Assembly (NCBI GenBank): GCA_963804995.1
Contig: CAWDSK010000002.1
Coordinates: 640,001-704,000, forward strand
Origin: an uncultured Acidobacteriota bacterium
GTDB taxonomy: Bacteria; Acidobacteriota; Terriglobia; UBA7540
Direction of reading: 5' to 3'
DNA: 64,000 bases
Shown here piece by piece: positions 44,258 to 54,059 of the stretch (its first letter is position 1; each line of letters begins with the position of its first letter). Below the pieces are notes generated by a model. It saw only the letters and a list, made by a program, of their open reading frames with translations. It had not been told where the DNA came from and ran no database searches. Position numbers and translations under genes: made by a program.

Positions 44258-44650
44258 CTAGTGGCTTGCCTGGGGTGCGTCAGGAGCGGCGGGAGGCGAG
44301 GTTGGTTGAGCAGGCGTGGCCCCACCATGGGGGGCGCCCATACCTCCGGGGGATGAGCTCGATTCGACCTGCCATTGGTCACCCACTCTTCGCAGCACGT
44401 ATTGTCTTGGCACGGCGAGGTCCGGCGATTGCTTGCTCCGGAACTTCACGTCGGCATTCGCTCGGTCACCCTCATATTTGACGTCCCCGACTTCCACCGA
44501 CATGTTGTTAAGCAAGACATTCGACTGCTTCTGGAGGTGTTTTTCGATCGCCTCCTGAATAGCAGCTTTCGATTGGCCTCCACGGAACTTATTGCACCCG
44601 CCCAAGACCAGGGCTACCCCCAAAAGACAAAACAAACCAGCACGCATCAT
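44258..44650 (-). CDS. hypothetical lipoprotein
   Basis: Lipobox LGGC after hydrophobic leader; RBS GGAGG. Confidence 0.72.
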   Translation of the reverse strand: MMRAGLFCLLGVALVLGGCNKFRGGQSKAAIQEAIEKHLQKQSNVLLNNMSVEVGDVKYEGDRANADVKFRSKQSPDLAVPRQYVLRRVGDQWQVESSSSPGGMGAPHGGATPAQPTSPPAAPDAPQASH

Positions 44651-44961
44651 CACCTCCTAAAGCTCAATCACGTTACTAGATGGTGACAGGCCTTGTCAAA
44701 ACAATCGTCTAGACAGACCTGGAAAGAGAGGTCAATTGCTTCCGGCCGGGGAACAGTAGATTTCTGAATCTATCGCGCTGCGATATTTGACAGGTCAGCA
44801 AGCATAGTTTAATCTGAGTATTCACGTTCATCACTGTCCGGGCTGTTTTGTCAGACATTCTGAGTTGTAAAGAAGGCCGCGCCGCCGGCCGGCGGTGGAT
44901 TCTCTTCTGAAGTGGGAGTTCGTGGCGCGCCTTCGAAACTTTCGAAACCAAAGGAGCTGCT

Positions 44962-45573
44962 ATGCCATTCACACTACCTGCGCTGCCCTATGCACCCGAT
45001 GCCTTGGAGCCGTCCATCGATAAGATGACGATGGAGATTCACCACGGGAAACACCACGCGGCCTATGTGACCAACCTGAATAAGGCTTTGGAATCGGCCA
45101 CGGATCTGGCCAACAAGAGCCTTGAGGAGCTGCTTGCCCACAACTGTGCGATTGTCCCTGAGTCGATTCGGACCGCCGTCCGCAACAACGCCGGCGGGCA
45201 CATCAATCACTCCATGTTCTGGCAGATCATGGGACCGAAAGCGGGCGGACAGCCCGGCGGCGCTCTTGCCGGGGCCATCACGAGCACCTTCGGAAGCTTT
45301 GACGGCTTTAAGGAAAAACTTTCCGCCGCCGCCATGGGCCGCTTTGGCTCAGGATGGGCGTGGCTCGTCGCTCAAAACGGCAAGCTCGACATCTACTCGA
45401 CTGCCAACCAGGACAGCCCGGTGATGGAAGGCAAACACCCGGTTCTGGGGCTTGACGTTTGGGAGCACGCCTACTACCTCAAGTATCAGAATCGGCGGGT
45501 TGAGTATGTCGGCGCCTGGTGGAATGTTGTGAACTGGGCTGAAGTCGAAAAGCGCTTTCACGCTGCGAAGTAG
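44962..45573 (+). CDS. sodA: superoxide dismutase, Mn-type signature
   Basis: [28 protein letters not shown]. Confidence 0.92.
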   Translation: MPFTLPALPYAPDALEPSIDKMTMEIHHGKHHAAYVTNLNKALESATDLANKSLEELLAHNCAIVPESIRTAVRNNAGGHINHSMFWQIMGPKAGGQPGGALAGAITSTFGSFDGFKEKLSAAAMGRFGSGWAWLVAQNGKLDIYSTANQDSPVMEGKHPVLGLDVWEHAYYLKYQNRRVEYVGAWWNVVNWAEVEKRFHAAK

Positions 45574-45725
45574 ATTTCTGGGAACCAGTTTCGCTACTCC
45601 TCATCATTGCATTTTATCGAAGCGGACCGTTGAGTTCAGAGATCCCGCTCCCTGCCCTGAGAAAGACGAACTCAAACTCAGGGCCGGGGGCGGATTTCGC
45701 CCGCCCGCTCCCGAAGGAGAATCCC

Positions 45726-46676
45726 ATGGCAGAGAAGAAAATTATTGCAGTCGTAGGTGCAACCGGCGCGCAGGGCGGCGGCATGGCCCGTGCCATCCTA
45801 GGCGATCCGGCGGGTGGATTTACAGCGCGCGTGCTCACCCGAGACGCCAATTCCGAAAAGGCTAAAGAGTTTGCCAAGCTTGGGGCTGAATTGGTGGTGG
45901 CGGACGTCGACGACGTCGAGAGCCTGAAGCGCGCCTTCCAAGGAGCGCATGGAGCCTATTGCGTTACGTTCTACTGGGCCCATTTTTCGCCGGAGCGGGA
46001 ATTGAACAATGCCGCTGCCATGGCCCAGGCGGCGAAGTACGCTGGTGTGCCACACGTCATCTGGTCGACACTCGAAGACACCCGCAAGTGGGTGCCGCTC
46101 AGTGACAATCGTATGCCCACCCTGATGGGCAAATACAAAGTGCCGCACTTTGATGCCAAGGGTGAGGCAAACCATCTCTTCACCGACCTTGGCGTCCCAA
46201 CCACGTTTCTTTTAACCTCGTTTTACTGGGACAACTTCATTTATTTCGGAAGCGGCCCCAAGAAGGGGCCGGATGGAAAGCTGGCCCTCACGTTTCCCAT
46301 GGGCGACAAGAAGCTCCCTGCTATCGCTTCCGAGGACATCGGCCGGTGCGCTTACGGCATTTTCAAAAAGGGCCGCGAATTTATCGGCAAGACGGTGGGC
46401 ATCGCCGGCGAGCATCTGACGGGTGCCCAAATGGCCGCCGCGCTGACCAGGGCATTGGGACAGGAAGTGAAGTACAACGATGTCCCACCGGAGGTTTACC
46501 GCAGCTTTGGGTTCCCCGGCGCTGAAGACCTGGGCAACATGTTCCAGTTCAAACGGGACTTTAATGATTACTTCTGTGGAGCCCGCAGCATCGAATTTTC
46601 CCGGAGCTTGAACCCGTCGTTGCAGAATTTCGAACAGTGGCTTGCACAGAACAAGAGCCGCATCCCGTTGGATTGA
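45726..46676 (+). CDS. NmrA/HSCARG family NAD(P)-binding protein
   Basis: VVGATGAQGG, VPHFDAK. Confidence 0.9.
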   Translation: MAEKKIIAVVGATGAQGGGMARAILGDPAGGFTARVLTRDANSEKAKEFAKLGAELVVADVDDVESLKRAFQGAHGAYCVTFYWAHFSPERELNNAAAMAQAAKYAGVPHVIWSTLEDTRKWVPLSDNRMPTLMGKYKVPHFDAKGEANHLFTDLGVPTTFLLTSFYWDNFIYFGSGPKKGPDGKLALTFPMGDKKLPAIASEDIGRCAYGIFKKGREFIGKTVGIAGEHLTGAQMAAALTRALGQEVKYNDVPPEVYRSFGFPGAEDLGNMFQFKRDFNDYFCGARSIEFSRSLNPSLQNFEQWLAQNKSRIPLD

Positions 46677-46689
46677 CCTACCCTTGCAC

Positions 46690-46896
46690 CAACGCTGTTC
46701 ACTTAGCGTTCGTTTTCATATTGACTTGCGTGAAGCGCCTTGGACTGCGGTAGCAGCAGCTACCGCCTTCGGTTCTTACGGCAAAGGCGCAGGGCTAAAG
46801 GATGAAAGGCGGTAGCTGCTGCTACCGCAGTCCAAAGCGGGCTTCGCCCGCAACTGGATTTCCTAATCCGTGACGACAGCTAAGTGAACAGTATTG
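46690..46896. mobile_element. MITE-like element with 18-bp imperfect TIRs containing a REP-like doublet
   Basis: CAACGCTGTTCACTTAGC...GCTAAGTGAACAGTATTG; internal TTGGACTGCGGTAGCAGCAGCTACCGCC and its inverse; no TSD evident. Confidence 0.65.
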
Positions 46897-46937
46897 ACCC
46901 CAGCGCCCGGCGGCACCGCTAAGTGGGATCACATCAA

Positions 46938-48185
46938 CTAAGCGCAGCCTTGCAGCCTGCGGAGCGCCCAGTCTGCGTGTTCACGCACGAGGGGATCCGG
47001 ATGTTCCGCCGTCTTTTCCAACCAGGGAATGAACTGGCTATCTCCCGAATTCCCCATCACTACGCACAGATTGCGCAACCAGCCTCGATACTTGACCCGC
47101 TTGATGGGCGACTGAGCGAAGACCCTGCGAAAATCCCCTTCTGTCATAGAAGCCAGCATTTCCAATGCGGGATTAAAAAGCGAAAACGGCTCTTCGGTTG
47201 GGGGCTGAGGGACCGGTACGTTTTCAGTCGCACCCTCCGCAAGCGATTCCTGCGATTTGATCTCAACCTGCATGGGTTGGAATTCGGGAAGCAGAGTGGT
47301 CGCCGCATACTCCTCATGGCAGACAGTGTTGAGAGGTTCAGCCAGCGAGGCATCGTCTCGCGACGGACTACTGACAACGGACCCCGGACGATTATTCCAG
47401 GGACAAACGTCCTGGCAAATGTCGCAACCGAAGACATTCCGGCCGATGGCAGTGCGGAATTGCTCAGGAATGGCGCCCTTGAGCTCGATGTTGAGATAGG
47501 AAATGCAGCGCGACGCGTCCATCACGTAGGGTTCCGTCAGCGCTCCGGTCGGACAGGCTTCCAGACAGCGCGTGCAGGAGCCGCATCTGTCGGGAGCGGG
47601 AAGATCCGGCGCCAACTCGAGACTGGTTAGAATGACCCCCAGAAAAAACCATGACCCCTTGACTTCATTGATGAGGCAGGTGTTCTTTCCCATCCAGCCA
47701 ATTCCCGAAAGACGCGCGAAGGCGCGCTCCACGATCGGCCCCGTATCCACATAGACTCGCGTCTCAACGCCGGATGCCTCTTGCTCGAGAATCGTGCGCA
47801 ACTGTTCGAGTTTTTTGCGCATGACCTTGTGATAGTCCCTTCCCCAGGCGTAACGCGAAATCCAACCTCGCGAGGGCGCGTCTGGTGTGGGTGCATTCTG
47901 GGCTTGGGAACCTAACTCGGCTGCGCCAGGGCCGCTGACCTCCATCGAATAGGGATGCAGCGTATTGTAAACGAGCCCCACACAGAGGATGGATTTCACC
48001 GACGGCAGGACGCGACGTGGGTCTTCGCGCTTGGGATCAGCAAGGTAATGCATTTCCCCGCCATATCCCTGCTTGACCCATTGGGGGAGAAACTCTAAAT
48101 CGTGGAGGGCCGAAGGTGAGGCAATCCCCGCCAAGTCGAAGCCGACCTCAAGGGCGCGCTGTTTGAGAGAGTTCGCAGAAAGCAT
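46938..48185 (-). CDS. queG: tRNA epoxyqueuosine(34) reductase
   Basis: SRYAWGRDYH, VDTGP, CGSCTRCLEACPT, GCDICQDVCPWN. Confidence 0.95.
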   Translation of the reverse strand: MLSANSLKQRALEVGFDLAGIASPSALHDLEFLPQWVKQGYGGEMHYLADPKREDPRRVLPSVKSILCVGLVYNTLHPYSMEVSGPGAAELGSQAQNAPTPDAPSRGWISRYAWGRDYHKVMRKKLEQLRTILEQEASGVETRVYVDTGPIVERAFARLSGIGWMGKNTCLINEVKGSWFFLGVILTSLELAPDLPAPDRCGSCTRCLEACPTGALTEPYVMDASRCISYLNIELKGAIPEQFRTAIGRNVFGCDICQDVCPWNNRPGSVVSSPSRDDASLAEPLNTVCHEEYAATTLLPEFQPMQVEIKSQESLAEGATENVPVPQPPTEEPFSLFNPALEMLASMTEGDFRRVFAQSPIKRVKYRGWLRNLCVVMGNSGDSQFIPWLEKTAEHPDPLVREHADWALRRLQGCA

Positions 48186-48256
48186 CGAGGGTAATGTTAA
48201 CCCGGCGCACGCTCTGGCTAGAAGCGGTTATTGGGTTCGAGGGCAGGAATTGGGGC

Positions 48257-48653
48257 TTGAAAGCCATTGTGATTTATAGTAGGCTTAATGTGAAGTATTC
48301 TGGCCCGGGTCGGCGAATTTAGTGAAAATGAAACGCCGAAAGCGCTAAATGGAACCTGTGGAAGCGGGCGAAGAGGATGTTCTAACCCATGATATACTAG
48401 AAAACAAAGGTAGTTAGCTGTAAAATGGCAGAAATGTCCGAACAGCTATGTTATTTAAATTTAATAAGATAGCTCGTGCCGACTGCGTGGGCGCGGTGAA
48501 ACAGGGGGAATTAAAAATGAAGGATGAACCCATGATGTCGTTGAAAACACATGTAGAAAAAATGTCAGTTTTGCGCTAACCCACTATGTTTATGAAAAAT
48601 ATGCTAGTTATAGTCGCTAACCCATGATGTCTATGAAAAGAAATGGAGTTAGC
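48257..48653 (+). other. internally deleted copy 2 of dispersed element: promoter-like region, degenerate C-terminal remnant and 3' repeat array
   Basis: TTGAAA-N17-TAGGCT..CTTAATGTGAAGT resembles CTTAGTATGAAGT upstream of 60355; NLVKMKRRKR*ME remnant; array 48382-48653 colinear with the other two. Confidence 0.68.
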
Positions 48654-49135
48654 AGTTTTCTTTCACCATGGAAGGGGTTGATCGTGGCAAGCAGGGATGT
48701 GAGTAAGAATAGTTTCGGAGCATATGGTCATAACGCAGATCTGGCCGCAGTCAAGGCGCCAAACGGCCACCTGCCCGATCTCCGAACTCGCACTGGTTTT
48801 CCTGCCCTGGCCGCCCACACTCCTTCGCCGAGGGTAGTGCCTCAGTTTGATTTTGTTGTAGCGGCGGTTCAACTGTCCCGACGATTCGTATCGGGATGGC
48901 CGCCGACTCTTGATCCCAGAGAATCAGGATCTACCCGCCAAGGTAATTGATGTCGTAGCGGCGAGTTTACCTCGGCAAATGGCGGCGCCCCGATAAGATC
49001 GAGATGATTTCCGCCGCCTCTACAGCAAACTGAGACACCACGCTCTCTCGGGTGCACGCCTGGGAAATGAAATTCTGGGAAAGTGGGGTTGAAATAAGTT
49101 CTCTCTTACGGCTATAATAGCCGTAAGGAGGAACC

Positions 49136-49537
49136 ATGGCTCAGTCTTTTGAAGTTCCTGGTCCGGTCCGTGAGCTTGCCGCTCGGTTGGGTCAGTCCCA
49201 GCCCATGCGGCGCGGCTCCCTATCGGAGCGTTATGTGAAATGCGGCAAGCCGGGTTGTGGTTGCGCGGAGGATGCCAAGGCGCGGCACGGCCCTTATTAC
49301 AGTCTGACGCAGGCGGTGGGAGGGCAGACCCGCTCCCGCTTCTTGAACCCCGAGGAAGCGCAGCGGGCGCGAGAGCAGATCGAGACGGGCCAGCAGTTTC
49401 GGCGTCAGGTGGAGGCTTACTGGGCTGCCTGTGAGCAATGGGCGGATGCCCAGCTGGAAGCCCGGGAGGAAGAAGGGCAAGCCGAGGTTAAAAAAAACCA
49501 CACTCGGCGAGGCTCTGGCGCACGACCTCACCGCTGA
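49136..49537 (+). CDS. IS upstream ORF (DUF6788-like, Cys/His-rich)
   Basis: RGSLSERYVKCGKPGCGC...HGPYY; RBS AAGGAGG. Confidence 0.8.
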   Translation: MAQSFEVPGPVRELAARLGQSQPMRRGSLSERYVKCGKPGCGCAEDAKARHGPYYSLTQAVGGQTRSRFLNPEEAQRAREQIETGQQFRRQVEAYWAACEQWADAQLEAREEEGQAEVKKNHTRRGSGARPHR

Positions 49538-50843
49538 GATTGAGCGCCTGGTGGGTCGGGAAGCCACGGCGGCTCTGGACTTCGAGGCGGTGGAAACGGC
49601 CGTACGCCGTCAGGCTTTGCGCTTCGCCGCGCGGGTGGTGGAGCAGCGGCTGAATGCCGACCACTCCGACTTTACCGGAGCCCGTCGGCCGTGTTCCTGC
49701 GGTCAGCCCGCGCGCTATGTAGACCGGCGGGCCAAGCCTTTCCAGACCGTGCTGGGCGAATTACGGCTGGAGCGCGCCTACTATTATTGTGCTGCCTGCC
49801 AGCGCGGGTTCTGTCCTCGTGACCAGCAGTGGGGAATGGAGGACACTTCTCTGTCCCCGGCGGTGACACGCATGGTGGGCACGGTGGGAGCCTTGGTGAG
49901 CTTTCAAGAAGGGCGTGAACTCCTCGGGGAATTGGCGGGCGTGGAAGTAAGTGCCAAGCAGGTGGAGCGTACGGCGGAGGCGCTGGGAGCGGAAGTCGCC
50001 GAGGATGAACGCCAACCGGTGGAGGCGGTGAGGGAAGGACCCTTGCCGCCCACCCTCTATCTCGGCCTGGATGGTACCGGCATTCCCATGCGCAAGGAGG
50101 AACTCACGGGGCGAGCGGGCAAGCAGCCGGATGGCTCCGCCCAAACCCGCGAGGTCAAGGTCTGCGCCATCTGGAGCGCGGAAGCGCGCGATGCCGAAGG
50201 CCGGCCCCGGCGTGATGCTGGCTCGGTCAGCTACTCGGCGGCCATCGAGACGGCGGCCTGCCGCGACACCGACTCCCAGATCGCAGCATTTACCCAGCGC
50301 GTCGAGCGTGAGGCGAAGCGTCGAGACTTCGGGCAAGCCTCTCGCCAAGTGGTGATCGGCGACGGGGCTCCCTGGATCTGGAACATCGCCGCGGAGGTGT
50401 TCCCGCAAGCCCTGCAAATCGTGGATCGTTACCACGTGAAGGAGCATTTGAGCCAAGTGGCCAAGGCCCTCTATGGGCAAGCGGAGGCATCCCATCGCTG
50501 GGCGCAACGTCGGCACCAAGAATTGGATGGCGGGCGTTGGCGGAGTCTGACGACGGCGCTGGCCCGCCATGCGGCCCGCTCACCGGAAGCCCGCAACTGC
50601 CTTCAGTACTTGCAGCGCAACCGGCACCGCATGCGCTACGCGGAATTTCATGCCCAGCACCTGTGTACTTCCTCAGGGGTTCTGGAGGCGGGTTGCAGGG
50701 TCGTCGTGGGGTCGCGCCTAAAACGTTCGGGCATGCATTGGACCGTGCGCGGCTCCAATGCCATCATCGCTCTGCGGTGTTACAAACTCAGCGGTCGCTT
50801 CGAAGACTTCTGGGAACGCCGGGCGCACAGGGTGGGGGCGTGA
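49488..50843 (+). CDS. ISKra4-type DDE transposase, entered across an A8 run
   Basis: RAYYYC..C, LDGTG, IGDGAPWIW, VDRYH, SGVLEAGC, RLKRSGMHW. Confidence 0.88.
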   Translation, partial: LKKTTLGEALAHDLTAEIERLVGREATAALDFEAVETAVRRQALRFAARVVEQRLNADHSDFTGARRPCSCGQPARYVDRRAKPFQTVLGELRLERAYYYCAACQRGFCPRDQQWGMEDTSLSPAVTRMVGTVGALVSFQEGRELLGELAGVEVSAKQVERTAEALGAEVAEDERQPVEAVREGPLPPTLYLGLDGTGIPMRKEELTGRAGKQPDGSAQTREVKVCAIWSAEARDAEGRPRRDAGSVSYSAAIETAACRDTDSQIAAFTQRVEREAKRRDFGQASRQVVIGDGAPWIWNIAAEVFPQALQIVDRYHVKEHLSQVAKALYGQAEASHRWAQRRHQELDGGRWRSLTTALARHAARSPEARNCLQYLQRNRHRMRYAEFHAQHLCTSSGVLEAGCRVVVGSRLKRSGMHWTVRGSNAIIALRCYKLSGRFEDFWERRAHRVGA

Positions 50844-50963
50844 GCCCGCTCACTCCTTCGTCGTGCACCCCGCTCTCTCACTTGGCTTGACTAAATTCGT
50901 TCCGGCAAGGTATCTTAAATGATTAGCTTTGTTGCATGAAATTTGACCGGGGAGCATTGCCCT

Positions 50964-51098
50964 TTGAAACGCACCTTTCAACCGAACCGTCGGCGCCGCG
51001 CCAAGACACACGGCTTTCGCAGTCGCATGAGCACTCCGGGAGGTCGCAATGTCATGCGGCGTCGCCGTCAGAAGGGCCGTCATCGCCCGATTCCCTGA
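50964..51098 (+). CDS. rpmH: 50S ribosomal protein L34 (absent from ORF track)
   Basis: TTG start; [44 protein letters not shown]. Confidence 0.95.
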   Translation: MKRTFQPNRRRRAKTHGFRSRMSTPGGRNVMRRRRQKGRHRPIP

Positions 51099-51107
51099 AG
51101 AGTTCGT

Positions 51108-51476
51108 TTGACCTCACAAGCTTTCCCCAAGACTTTCCGGCTGCTGCGCCGAAGCGATTTTCGGCGAGTGTACGACGAAGGGCAACGCCGGAGCGCGCCG
51201 TTATGCACGATTTTCCTCCGCCCCAACGGGTTAGCACAGACACGTTTGGGGATTACTGTCACGGCGCGGGTGGGGAATGCCGTCCTGCGCAATCGTCTGA
51301 AACGGCGAGTGCGCGAGGTATTTCGCTTGAACCACGCGAACCTTCCGGGCGGGTGGGATATTCTCGTGAATCCCCGCGAACCGGTGGGGCGTGTTCCCAA
51401 CGCAACACTCGAGCGAGAACTGCTGCGATTGTTTCCAAAGCAAGCTCCGCCCCCGGTGCCGCAAGGGATCTCCTGA
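51108..51476 (+). CDS. rnpA: ribonuclease P protein component
   Basis: [21 protein letters not shown]. Confidence 0.93.
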   Translation: MTSQAFPKTFRLLRRSDFRRVYDEGQRRSAPLCTIFLRPNGLAQTRLGITVTARVGNAVLRNRLKRRVREVFRLNHANLPGGWDILVNPREPVGRVPNATLERELLRLFPKQAPPPVPQGIS

Positions 51477-51739
51477 AACTCCTTACGCTGGGGTTAATTC
51501 GCTTTTATCAAGGGTGCCTCTCGCCCACCCTGCCGTCGGCTTGCCGTTTCTATCCCTCCTGCTCAGCTTATGCGCATGAGGCAGTTGAAAAATGGGGAGT
51601 GGGGCGGGGAGTGGGGTTGGCGCTCAGGCGATTGTTGCGTTGCCGGCCGTGGGGCCCTCACGGATACGATCCGGTGCCGGAAAGAGAAGGAGCCAGGAGT
51701 CAGGAGCAAGAATACAAACGCTTTTCTCCTGACTTCTGA
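51473..51739 (+). CDS. yidD: membrane protein insertion efficiency factor (start uncertain, possibly CTG overlapping rnpA stop)
   Basis: [25 protein letters not shown]. Confidence 0.88.
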   Translation: MKLLTLGLIRFYQGCLSPTLPSACRFYPSCSAYAHEAVEKWGVGRGVGLALRRLLRCRPWGPHGYDPVPEREGARSQEQEYKRFSPDF

Positions 51740-51763
51740 CTCCTGGCTCCTGATTCCTTGCCT

Positions 51764-53503
51764 ATGAACCTCGATCAAGAAAAACGAGTGATGCTGGCCT
51801 TCGCGCTCTCCTTTGGGATGCTGATGGTGTGGCGCGTCTTCTTCGTCAAGGAGCCGCCACCGCAGCCGAAGAAGGCACCAGCCGCCGCGACGGCGACGAT
51901 GTCCCCCGCCCAGCCCGGCGCGGCCAATCCGGGCGGGAATCCTGCCCAACCCGTTGCGCCTGCACCTGCCGCAGCATTGCCGGTAGCGCAGGGAAGCAGA
52001 GCAGAAGATATCGTGGTTGAGAACAAGCGCTACCGCGTGACGTTTTCCACCGAGGGCGCCGTCGTCAAGAGCTGGGTGCTGAAGGGATATCGCGACGCAA
52101 AGGGCGAACTGCTCAACACCGTGAACGGGTCGGCGTGTCAAACCTTGGGTTTCCCGATGAGTCTGAACCTCGCGGATGCCTCGCTTAAGACGCGGCTCAA
52201 TCAGGCGATTTACGTGGCCGAGGCCGCCAAGCTGGTTCCTGGCCATGAATCCGAAAAGCTTTCCGGGAGCGCCTTCACATCTCCTGCAAGCCTTACGTTT
52301 ACTTACAGTGACGGTAAGGTACAAGTGAAGAAGCAGTTTTCTTTTGGTGACAGCTTCGAGGCGAAAGTTACGGTCAGCGTTTTTGATGGTCAACGCTACC
52401 TACCGGTCGAAGTTACATGGCCCGGAGGGTTCGGTGACCACACGCTGGCGCCTTCCGTCGCCGACTCGCGCATCCAGGCAGTTTACGGCGCGGTGGGCAA
52501 TCTCAACAAGGTGGCCATGGGCAAGGTCAAGGAGGAACGCATCTTTCCTGGCCCCTTGGAGCTAGCGGGTTTGGAAGACAAGTATTTCGTGGACATTTTC
52601 CTTCCCGACGCGCCTGACCAGGTGGCCTTGCGAGTCGTCCGGCAGGAGTGGTCCCCACCCGACTGGACGGAAAAGGATAAGCCTGCTCCCCTCACTGCCA
52701 CGCTGGTGGAGACGCAGCCCAAGCCGCTGGCCTTCCGCCTGTTCGTTGCCCCCAAAGACCTGGACGTCCTTAGGGCAGAGAACCCTCCGCTGGATTCACT
52801 GGTAGATTTTGGTTGGTTTACGGTTGTCGCCAAACCTCTCTTCATCATGTTGCGATACACCTACGACCACTGGATTCACAATTTCGGCTGGGCCATTGTC
52901 TTTCTGACTGTCCTCATCAATCTCGCGATGTTCCCCTTGAAGATCAAGAGCCTTAAATCCGCGCAGGAGATGCAGCGGGTTTCGCCGATCATCAAGGGCA
53001 TCCAGGACAAATACAAGCAATACAAGCTAAACGACCCGCGCAAGCAGAAGATGAACGAAGAGATCATGAAGGTCTATAGCGAGCATCATATCAATCCTTT
53101 TGGCAGTTGCCTGCCCATGCTCCTGCAGATGCCGTTTCTGTATGGTTTCTATCGTGTCCTCGATCTGGCGATCGAGCTCCGTCATGCGCCGTGGATGTTC
53201 TGGATTAAAGACCTGTCGGCGCAGGATCCGCTCTACATCCTGCCTGTGGCGATCGTGGTGACCCAATTCATCGTACAGCGCCTTACCCCGATGGCGACGG
53301 TTGACCCGGCTCAGCAACGCATGATGATGTTCATGCCACTCGTTTTCGGCTTCATGTTCTTCCGGTTTCCCGCGGGCATGGTACTCTATTGGCTCACGGG
53401 AAACCTTGTAGGCATCGCGCAACAAACCTATCTCAATCGCCACATGCGTATGCCCGATCCCCTCCTCGGACCCCCTCGCAAGCCGCCAGTGGCCAAGGAG
53501 TGA
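51764..53503 (+). CDS. yidC: membrane protein insertase YidC
   Basis: DFGWF, NFGWAIV, SCLPMLLQMP, LYWL. Confidence 0.95.
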   Translation: MNLDQEKRVMLAFALSFGMLMVWRVFFVKEPPPQPKKAPAAATATMSPAQPGAANPGGNPAQPVAPAPAAALPVAQGSRAEDIVVENKRYRVTFSTEGAVVKSWVLKGYRDAKGELLNTVNGSACQTLGFPMSLNLADASLKTRLNQAIYVAEAAKLVPGHESEKLSGSAFTSPASLTFTYSDGKVQVKKQFSFGDSFEAKVTVSVFDGQRYLPVEVTWPGGFGDHTLAPSVADSRIQAVYGAVGNLNKVAMGKVKEERIFPGPLELAGLEDKYFVDIFLPDAPDQVALRVVRQEWSPPDWTEKDKPAPLTATLVETQPKPLAFRLFVAPKDLDVLRAENPPLDSLVDFGWFTVVAKPLFIMLRYTYDHWIHNFGWAIVFLTVLINLAMFPLKIKSLKSAQEMQRVSPIIKGIQDKYKQYKLNDPRKQKMNEEIMKVYSEHHINPFGSCLPMLLQMPFLYGFYRVLDLAIELRHAPWMFWIKDLSAQDPLYILPVAIVVTQFIVQRLTPMATVDPAQQRMMMFMPLVFGFMFFRFPAGMVLYWLTGNLVGIAQQTYLNRHMRMPDPLLGPPRKPPVAKE

Positions 53504-53509
53504 TGTGCC

Positions 53510-54043
53510 ATGGAAAGTGACCGCCCCGCTGCCGAACGTTCGATCGAAGACTATCTGCCTTTGATCGAGTCCTTGCTCCACGCGGTGATTCGCAACGCCC
53601 GCTTCGATCTGAAGTTTTCAATTCAGAAAGGCGAAGACCTGGGCGATGACCAGGAGGCGCCGGAATATGTGGTTGATTTTTCCGGTGCGGATGCCGGCCT
53701 GTTGCTGGAGAAGAATGCCACGCTCCTGGAAGCCCTCGAATACGTGGTGGTGAAGGCGGTTCGCGTGGACGAGGAACATTACAGAAAAATTGCGTTCGAT
53801 TGCGAGGACTATCGGCGATTGCGCATCGAGGAATTACGCATGATGGCGCAAGTTGCCTCGGATCGGGTCATTGATACCGGGGATCCCTTTGCCCTCAGCC
53901 CCATGAACCCGCGTGAACGGCGCATCATTCACCTGGCCTTGAAGAACATTCCACAGGTCCGCACCCAGAGCGAAGGAATGGGGCCCGAACGCAAGGTGGT
54001 GATAGTCCCTGCCAACCCACCCCCGCGCCAAACGCGTCGCTAG
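53510..54043 (+). CDS. jag: Jag/EloR-like KH-R3H RNA-binding protein
   Basis: PMNPRERRIIH R3H motif; between yidC and mnmE. Confidence 0.85.
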   Translation: MESDRPAAERSIEDYLPLIESLLHAVIRNARFDLKFSIQKGEDLGDDQEAPEYVVDFSGADAGLLLEKNATLLEALEYVVVKAVRVDEEHYRKIAFDCEDYRRLRIEELRMMAQVASDRVIDTGDPFALSPMNPRERRIIHLALKNIPQVRTQSEGMGPERKVVIVPANPPPRQTRR

Positions 54044-54059
54044 CCTCCGAGTTTCCTTT

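Larger units (their letters stand above)
49050..50870 (+). mobile_element. insertion sequence, ISKra4-type
   Basis: TIRs GGGTGCACG...CGTGCACCC; 9-bp direct repeat CGCTCTCTC at 49041-49049 and 50871-50879. Confidence 0.9.

Noticed and set aside
44757..44772. TAGATT-N4-AATCTA palindrome upstream of sodA as a Fur/PerR box
   Set aside because: Too short and single-copy to assign
48382..48653. CRISPR or TIGR-like guide array interpretation of the CCA-N9-TGAAA repeats
   Set aside because: Units are degenerate and irregularly spaced, the 9-nt segment is conserved rather than variable, and no cas or Nop-domain gene is in the window
48660..50963. oriC/dnaA expected next to rpmH
   Set aside because: No dnaA gene and no clustered TTATCCACA boxes seen
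50936..51739. 267-aa ORF as one protein
   Set aside because: Only the last ~88 codons are YidD; the rest overlaps rpmH and rnpA in another frame
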